64,000 bases of DNA, from the IMG/VR virus record IMGVR_UViG_3300023218_000062, one strand, 5' to 3'. Positions 57,937-64,000 of the stretch are shown in pieces (position 1 is the first letter of the stretch; every line of letters starts with the position of its first letter). The DNA is from a virus. Taxonomy: Duplodnaviria; Caudoviricetes. The translations under genes were made by a program, and so were the position numbers. A model generated the notes under the pieces. The model was not told the origin of the DNA and did not search any database. It worked only from the letters and a program-made list of their open reading frames with translations.

Positions 57937-58881
57937 ATGGATGAGTTGCTGCAAAAACTAGTCGAAAGTGAGCTTCTGACCGAAGATACCAAAAAACAAC
58001 TGGAAGAAACTCTATCGCGGAAGATGGAAGAAAAAGCTCAGCAAATAAGAGAAGAGGTCGAGGCTGAAGTTAAGACCGACCTCGCTGAAAAATATGCACA
58101 GGATAAAGAAGAGTTGGTTGAAGCAATGGACACCGCTCTGGAAAAAGCTCTAAATGAAGAAATAGCAGAACTTAAAGAAGATATAGAACGGTTCAGAGAT
58201 CTGGAAGCTGAGTATGCTGAGAAGTTAGTGGAAACTCGTCAGCAGATGGCCGAAAATGTAAAAAATGATATGACCAAGCTCTTAGAAGGATTGGACGCTT
58301 ATGTTGATCAAAGATTGCATGCAGAGCTTGACGAACTCAGGGAATCAATTGAAGATGTTCGTAAAGAAAATCATGGGCGTAAGATTCTAGAAACAATCGG
58401 TGAAGAATACCGAAGAATGTTTACTGAAGAAGATGACTATGAACAGAAAGTGCTGGAAAAAGAAGAGGCCTTAAACAAAGTTAACGAACAGCTTAAAGAA
58501 GCAAAAGATAGATTAAGATCAGTTGAACGTGAGCAGAAGATGGAAGATGTACTTGAAAGTTTATCTGGTCAGAAAAGAGAAGTTATGGCTGCAATTCTGC
58601 AAGGTATTCCAACAGAACGCCTTGATGAAGCGTACCGCCGTTACATTGGTAAAGTTTTAAGAGAATCTAATGAAGATAGTTCGGAGAAGGATAATTCAGT
58701 ACTTGCCGAAGGAAAAAACGAGGAAAACACGGATAGTGATGATTTTGTAGTAGCAACCGGTGATTCTAAAGTTGTTGTTGAAGATGTTGACACAATAACA
58801 GAATCGGTTGATGGCTTCCCAAATTATAAACTTGATGAGGTAACTCGTAACCGTTTGAAAATACTGAGTGGTATCAGTTAA
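57937..58881 (+). CDS. gp22: Prohead scaffolding protein
   Basis: Acidic coiled coil immediately upstream of the capsid gene. Confidence 0.85.
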   Translation: MDELLQKLVESELLTEDTKKQLEETLSRKMEEKAQQIREEVEAEVKTDLAEKYAQDKEELVEAMDTALEKALNEEIAELKEDIERFRDLEAEYAEKLVETRQQMAENVKNDMTKLLEGLDAYVDQRLHAELDELRESIEDVRKENHGRKILETIGEEYRRMFTEEDDYEQKVLEKEEALNKVNEQLKEAKDRLRSVEREQKMEDVLESLSGQKREVMAAILQGIPTERLDEAYRRYIGKVLRESNEDSSEKDNSVLAEGKNEENTDSDDFVVATGDSKVVVEDVDTITESVDGFPNYKLDEVTRNRLKILSGIS

Positions 58882-58939
58882 CCAATAATAGTGTGTAAAA
58901 ACATAATAGTTAATAACAATAATAAAGGAGACTATAAAA

Positions 58940-60379
58940 ATGGACGATAAACAAACACTAGTAGAAAATTGGAATGAGACCAAGGATGTCCTTCTTAGCG
59001 GGCTTAAGCCTTCACAGAAAGAAATCGTTGGGCCTCTTCTAGAAAACCAGCGCAAGCATATGTTGAATGAATCTGCTGCACAGGGTGCGGTACAATCTCA
59101 TGATGTAGCAAACTTTCGTAAAACATTGCTTCCGATGATTCGCCGTATTATTCCCGGAACAATCGGGAGTGAAATCGTAGGTCTTCAGCCTATGTCAGGA
59201 CCTGTATCACTTGTTTATACGCTGAGATACAAGTACGAAGAAGATATGACTCATAATCCTGATCGTTCACCATTTGGTGGATTTGATATCGAACCGGGGG
59301 ATGAAGCTTTTGGAAATGACAAGTTGATTCGTCAGTTCTATGCTGGACAGGTTGCAGAATCAGGTACACCATTTGAAGGTATTGATCAAACTGCAGGGGC
59401 TTCTGGTATTGCAGGGCCAAATGCTGCTGAAGCTGATATTGACGCTGATACAGCCGATGGTCAGGGTTGGCACTCTGAAGAAGACGTAACCACATATGAA
59501 ACTGGAACTACACTATTCGGTGAGCCAGTTGGTGGATCGTTGAAGGGTGGTTCTGGTAGCTTGATAGAAGGTTCAGGCGGACGTAAGATGACCCTAGAGA
59601 TCATCAACCAAGCCGTTGAAGCTCATACCCGTAAGCTACAAGCAGGTTGGACAATGGAAGCAATGCAGGACATGGATAGCCAGCATGGTATCGATGTTGA
59701 GTCAGAGCTTACCAAGGCACTATCTGCTGAAATCGTGCAGGAAATTGATGCTGAAATCATCACTGACCTTCTTTCACTAGCAGGAACAGTCAGAACATAT
59801 GATTTTAACGCAACAGGTGGTTCTAATGGTTATGCACCAGCCTTCGTTGGTGACCGTTTCGCTAACCTAGGCGTTCGTATCAACGAAGTTGCAAATGAGA
59901 TTGGCCGTAAGACACGTCGTGGAGCGGGTAACTATATCGTTGTATCACCAATGATTGTTTCTGTTCTACAGTCTGCAGCTAAAGCAGTATTCGCTCCAGC
60001 AGTTGAAGGTAGCTTCAAAGGACCCAACAACACATATCTAGCCGGTATTCTAAACGGTCAGATTAAGGTCTACAGCTACTTGTGGAACGCTGCACAGCCA
60101 ACTGATGGTGAAGTATTTAGTGCAGGTCAGGGTCTTGGAAATGATCAGGTCCTAGTTGGATACAAGGGTGGTAACGGTGAAGTAGATGCCGGTTACTGGT
60201 ATGCACCTTACATCCCACTGATGAGTACAGGCGTTGTTGTTAACCCAGTTACCTTCCAGCCTGTAATGAGTCTAATGACCCGTTACGGTAAGGTTGCTCT
60301 AACTGACACGACAACATCTCTCGGGAATTCTGCGGACTACTATGGTAAAATTAATATTACTAACCTAGCATTCATTTAA
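58940..60379 (+). CDS. gp23: Major capsid protein
   Basis: VGLQPMSGPVSLVYTLRY, VEAHTRKLQAGWTMEAMQD, EIDAEII, YWYAPYIPL, TRYG. Confidence 0.98.
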   Translation: MDDKQTLVENWNETKDVLLSGLKPSQKEIVGPLLENQRKHMLNESAAQGAVQSHDVANFRKTLLPMIRRIIPGTIGSEIVGLQPMSGPVSLVYTLRYKYEEDMTHNPDRSPFGGFDIEPGDEAFGNDKLIRQFYAGQVAESGTPFEGIDQTAGASGIAGPNAAEADIDADTADGQGWHSEEDVTTYETGTTLFGEPVGGSLKGGSGSLIEGSGGRKMTLEIINQAVEAHTRKLQAGWTMEAMQDMDSQHGIDVESELTKALSAEIVQEIDAEIITDLLSLAGTVRTYDFNATGGSNGYAPAFVGDRFANLGVRINEVANEIGRKTRRGAGNYIVVSPMIVSVLQSAAKAVFAPAVEGSFKGPNNTYLAGILNGQIKVYSYLWNAAQPTDGEVFSAGQGLGNDQVLVGYKGGNGEVDAGYWYAPYIPLMSTGVVVNPVTFQPVMSLMTRYGKVALTDTTTSLGNSADYYGKINITNLAFI

Positions 60380-60404
60380 TCCGCAAAAGAGTTAAAACCC
60401 CCTG

Positions 60405-60431
60405 AAAGCCCTGCAGTTGCAGGGCTTTTTT
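60405..60431 (+). terminator. Intrinsic terminator after the capsid gene
   Basis: AAAGCCCTGCA-GT-TGCAGGGCTTTTTT. Confidence 0.85.
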
Positions 60432-60452
60432 ATTTCTATAAAAGGAACACTG

Positions 60453-60511
60453 CAAACTACTTTCGTTTTCAAGTTCAAGCTATTATAATAAATATATCAA
60501 AAGGTAGTTTG
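60453..60511 (+). promoter_or_regulatory. SD-sequestering hairpin with a late promoter in its loop
   Basis: CAAACTACTTT (60453-60463) pairs with AAGGTAGTTTG (60501-60511); AATAAATA at 60487-60494. Confidence 0.65.
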
Positions 60512-60513
60512 TT

Positions 60514-62121
60514 ATGAAAAAAGAATATTATGATTATATTGTTAACGAAATAAAACTAAGGCCCAAGAATATAGATTTGGGCACAAATAATGTACAGGAT
60601 ATAGAATGTCTTTTATGTGGTAACACATTTAAGGCAGGCGTGAAAGGTAAGGTAAATAATTATAGAAAACATGGGATGAAAGGGTGTAAAGAATGTACTT
60701 CAATCCAAAGATATGAAAATATAAGAAATGATAGAATAAAAGAATTAGAGGAAAAATTTGAGCTATATAATATTGACCCTAAGACTGTAAATAATATGTC
60801 TATGGTTAAAGTTCGCAATAAAAAATGTGGTCACTTTTTTAAAGTAAAATACGGAAATCTATTAAATCGTGACGTAAATTGCCCCATATGCAACACAGAA
60901 CGAAAAAGAGAGCAATTTAGACAATTTAATGACGAGCGCCATGAAGAGTCATACTTATTGAAAGAAGGTTTCGACGCATATAAACAGAAAGTGTATAAGT
61001 TCACTAGAGAAACATATAGAAAACATAAAGACAAGATCAATCCTGAGAACCATACAAGAGTATTAAGTGGTGAGAAAGGCTACCATTTAGATCATATCAT
61101 ATCTGTAAGAAATTCCTTTGATTTAGGAGTCCCACCAGAAGTATGTGCAGATTATAGAAATATGCGCATGGTGAAATGGAAGGATAATAATAAAAAGTGG
61201 AAGCGCTCTTCTCTTAGAATACCAGAACCCTATTATCCATATGTTAATAATACATCAGATGAATTTATAAAAATAATGAACAATTCTGTAAAAACAGATT
61301 TTAATGCATATGTAGATTTCTCTAAATTCATGCTGACCCTATATAATGAAAAGGAAAAATTTGGTATATATTACGCTCCACTTTCTACTAATACACAGCA
61401 GATATTAGGCTCTAAGAATTATTTTAAGCAGATGAAGGAATACTTTGCTGAAAAAAGTATCACATTATTAATAATATTTGAAGATGAATGGATCAAGAAT
61501 AGATTATTAGTTATCGACAAAATACAACATTATATGAACCAGAGTGAAAAGACTACCATATATGCTAGAAAATGTGAAATACAGGAAATAGGAGTAACTG
61601 ATAAGAATAGTTTTTTGAATGCAAATCACATACAGGGTACTTGTGTAAGTCAAATAAATTTGGGGGCCTTTCATGATGGAAAATTGGTAGCAGTTATGAC
61701 ATTTTCTAAGCCTAGAATATTGATGAATAAAAAAGAGCAAGCTGGAGGCGTGTATGAACTTGCGAGATTTGCGACAGATGTACAATATCGTATACCGGGA
61801 ATTGCCTCTAAATTGTTGAAACATTTTCAAAGAAACTATAATTATAGTGAGATATATTCATATGCAGATAGGCGCTGGTCCGATGGTAACCTTTATGAAG
61901 TATTGGGATTTGAGAAAACAATTGTCAACCCACCAAATTATCATTATATTATAAACAACCAACGAAAACACAGATGGGGTTATCGAAAGGATGCTTTGAA
62001 GGAGAAATTCCCGGAGAGATATAATAAAGAGTTGACAGAATATCAAAATATGCTTGAAATGGGATATGATAGAATATGGGATTCTGGTTCGATAAAATAT
62101 GCAATATATAATAGTTATTAA
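60514..62121 (+). mobile_element. Free-standing Hef-like homing endonuclease gene, copy 3 (HNH + degenerate Vsr-like + GNAT/Mom-like)
   Basis: CLLC/CKEC and C..CPIC ribbons; YHLDHIIS..RN..DN HNH-like motif; FEDEW retained; same C-terminal domain as copies 1 and 2. Confidence 0.85.
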
Positions 62122-62149
62122 TTATATCAACAAATGTCTCATTTGTCAA
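62121..62149 (-). promoter_or_regulatory. Perfect-consensus sigma70 promoter facing antisense into endonuclease copy 3
   Basis: TTGACA-17 bp-TATAAT with TGn; palindrome ACAAATG-TCT-CATTTGT at 62130-62146. Confidence 0.8.
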
Positions 62150-62160
62150 CAATTAGTTTT

Positions 62161-62303
62161 TTGGACGAGAGGAACTACAGATGCCTCTCATTAAGGATTC
62201 CTCCTTCCTAGAAATGTTAATTGCTGCATTTAAATCTGCATTTTGAAAGCAATGTTTTGGTTTGAGAAGTGATTTCTCTAGGAAGTAATTTTGGAATGTC
62301 ATC
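62161..62303 (-). mobile_element. tnpB: Decayed IS200/IS605 tnpB 3' end with right-end-like hairpin
   Basis: Two frames give DIPKLLPREITSQT and CFQNADLNAAINISRK (TnpB TSQT and RuvC-III DxNAAxNI motifs), followed by the hairpin GAGAGG..CCTCTC and GTCCAA. Confidence 0.7.
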
Positions 62304-62350
62304 TCCAGATCAAATCAATTATTTGTTTAACAACATTTCGGTATTCATCA

Positions 62351-62719
62351 ATGATCGATTATGATGAAGAAGGATCGAAACCAAGTTGGATACATGTTAT
62401 GTATGCTCCTAAATTAAAGAGTGGAAAACATTTTGAAAGATTAACAGGATTTAAATTAGATGATCTGATTATGTATGCGGCAAAAATATCCAGTAATAGA
62501 TCACTTCCACAAGCTGCCCGTAGAAAGTTCTCTAAAGAATTCTCTGCGAGAGTATGGGAAGAAGACACGTTTGCGCATGATTTTGTATCATTCGTAGGTA
62601 ACACTGAAACATATTTACCAGACCTTCTCAGATATAGTAATTGGGGTGTATATAACAACATTCCAGTAATAATAGATTTAGGATTAAGCAAAGATGTCTA
62701 CATACAACACTACTCCTGA
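62351..62719 (+). pseudogene. 5'-truncated kinase-like (APH/ePK fold) gene
   Basis: Only C-lobe motifs are present: PDLLRYSNWG and VIIDLGL. The N-lobe is missing and a TnpB scar sits directly upstream. Confidence 0.55.
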
Positions 62720-62748
62720 TGGTGTTTCTAACTTAACACAAACATGTC

Positions 62749-62756
62749 TATAAATA
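62749..62756 (+). promoter_or_regulatory. Late promoter TATAAATA
   Basis: 31 nt upstream of the TTG at 62787. Confidence 0.6.
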
Positions 62757-62786
62757 TCAGAAGGAAATAAAAAGGGTTATATAGTT

Positions 62787-63131
62787 TTGAAAAATATCAA
62801 AGAATTATCTTTTTCGGAATATTACCGTTCGAAACAAAAGTTGTTAGAAAGGGCGGAAGATACACCTAGGATGTACTCGGTATATGAACTTACAACATAT
62901 AAGAAAGTTCCGTTAAAAGATTCTTATGACGAAGATGATAAAACCTATATTAGCTTTAAACCCAAGGACCGGATAAAAATATTATGGGAATATGAAGATA
63001 TTTATTATCCTACTGCTAGAAATTTTGTGGTATTATCTGAAAATAATTCTAAAACGTATTATCCCTGTTGGGGAAGCAAGAAGCTCTTAAAATGGGTTTT
63101 GGTTAATACTAGAGAGGTTACTGATGAATGA
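62787..63131 (+). CDS. Hypothetical protein
   Basis: 114 aa; late promoter; overlaps the next ORF. Confidence 0.7.
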   Translation: MKNIKELSFSEYYRSKQKLLERAEDTPRMYSVYELTTYKKVPLKDSYDEDDKTYISFKPKDRIKILWEYEDIYYPTARNFVVLSENNSKTYYPCWGSKKLLKWVLVNTREVTDE

Positions 63132-63483
63132 AATACAGTTAAATCCAACGGTGTATAAAAATCCATATAATGAAAAAGATTTTTTAAAAATGGGTGACAA
63201 GATAAACAAATTATGTCATAAAAAATTTGATGTTCATTATCTATATATTTTACAAAATGAATTAGAATCTATAGATAATGAAAATAATAAACTATTCAAT
63301 AAAAAAATAAGAAATGAATTAAAATCCCGAATGTTAGAATATACAAAATATTCTCCTTGTGCAGAAATTTTTTATTCATCTATATTTTGTGAACTATTTA
63401 ACACTTATAAAAATGAACCGTTATCCGATCTTATTTTTTTTATTGAAAGATTAACATTAATGTCTAAAAATGCTGAAGAATAG
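63124..63483 (+). CDS. Hypothetical protein
   Basis: 119 aa, coupled to the upstream ORF. Confidence 0.65.
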   Translation: MNEIQLNPTVYKNPYNEKDFLKMGDKINKLCHKKFDVHYLYILQNELESIDNENNKLFNKKIRNELKSRMLEYTKYSPCAEIFYSSIFCELFNTYKNEPLSDLIFFIERLTLMSKNAEE

Positions 63484-63529
63484 AATAAATATTAGTTAGT
63501 GTTCTAAGGGGTTTAAAAAGATTTTAATC

Positions 63530-64000
63530 ATGATGGATATTCTAGAGTTTTTAAAAGAGTATGGTGTAGGGGGTATAATAGGTCTAGCTATTGGTGGGGG
63601 GCTTTATGTTTTATGGCAATCATATGTGAAATATATTTTCAAAAAATTGTATGATAGATACGACACTAAGCATGATATTAAAAAAGAAAAGAATTATCTC
63701 GACAACAGAAAAAAGGCACTCCAATCTCAAGAATTTTTCCCCAATATTAAGTTTAAAATGAATGTAGATATCCCATCAGAAGATTTTTCCATCGATGAAG
63801 GCCGAAGATGTTTATACAAAAACATTATGTTGGCATTATTTGAATCATATTATAATAATATGATTGAATTTTCTAGGGGGTTAGACACTTCATGGGATAA
63901 CAATGAATGGGCAAATTCCCTGAATAGTGTAAATTATAAAATAATCGAAGATTTCAAGGCTAATTGTGCTCAGAGAGAAATACCTAAAGATATAGTAAAA
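63530..64000 (+). CDS. Partial single-pass membrane protein running off the window end
   Basis: MMDILEFLKEYGVGGIIGLAIGGGLYVLWQSYVK...; open for 157 codons to the end; AATAAATA at 63484-63491. Confidence 0.7.
   Translation, partial: MMDILEFLKEYGVGGIIGLAIGGGLYVLWQSYVKYIFKKLYDRYDTKHDIKKEKNYLDNRKKALQSQEFFPNIKFKMNVDIPSEDFSIDEGRRCLYKNIMLALFESYYNNMIEFSRGLDTSWDNNEWANSLNSVNYKIIEDFKANCAQREIPKDIVK

Noticed and set aside
61507-62152. Minus-strand ORFs 61507-61830 and 61949-62152 as targets of the antisense promoter
   Set aside because: One starts inside the promoter, and both look like shadows of the endonuclease gene.
62291-62350. TTG start and first 20 codons of the 142-aa ORF
   Set aside because: This stretch overlaps the TnpB scar; the kinase-like sequence begins only near ATG 62351.

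Overview
A 64 kb, AT-rich segment of a T4-like jumbo myophage genome, cut at both ends. The left part (1-36.4 kb) is read almost entirely on the minus strand. It holds a family B DNA polymerase, a sliding clamp, a 2OG-oxygenase-like gene, a deoxyribosyltransferase-like gene, putative head proteins, a gp4-like head completion nuclease, GroES, tail tube and sheath, a gp15-like terminator, a serine protease, and a baseplate block (3122-aa giant wedge protein, gp6, gp25, gp5, gp53). The middle (36.4-48 kb) is mixed-strand: gp26/gp51-like genes, a RuvC-like resolvase, a DinG-like helicase, gp46/gp47 and a gp55-like late sigma factor. The right part (48-64 kb) is all plus strand: tape measure, portal, prohead protease, scaffold and major capsid protein. 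Late genes carry an NATAAATA promoter, and replication and mobile genes carry sigma70-type promoters. The most notable element is an ORF-free stretch of about 790 nt at 40150-40943. It has its own early and late promoter, a highly structured RNA with a pseudoknot, and then an origin-like module (AT tract, G tract, iteron-like repeats, hairpins). Other highlights: three paralogous Vsr-like nuclease plus Mom/GNAT-like genes with RBS-sequestering hairpins, a nuclease-domain swap in one copy and an antisense promoter; a protease-linker-lectin gene broken by a TCA-to-TGA change and a one-base frameshift, sharing in-frame repeats with the giant baseplate gene; and IS200/IS605 (TnpB) scars. All calls come from motif recognition and hand inspection; no database search was run.
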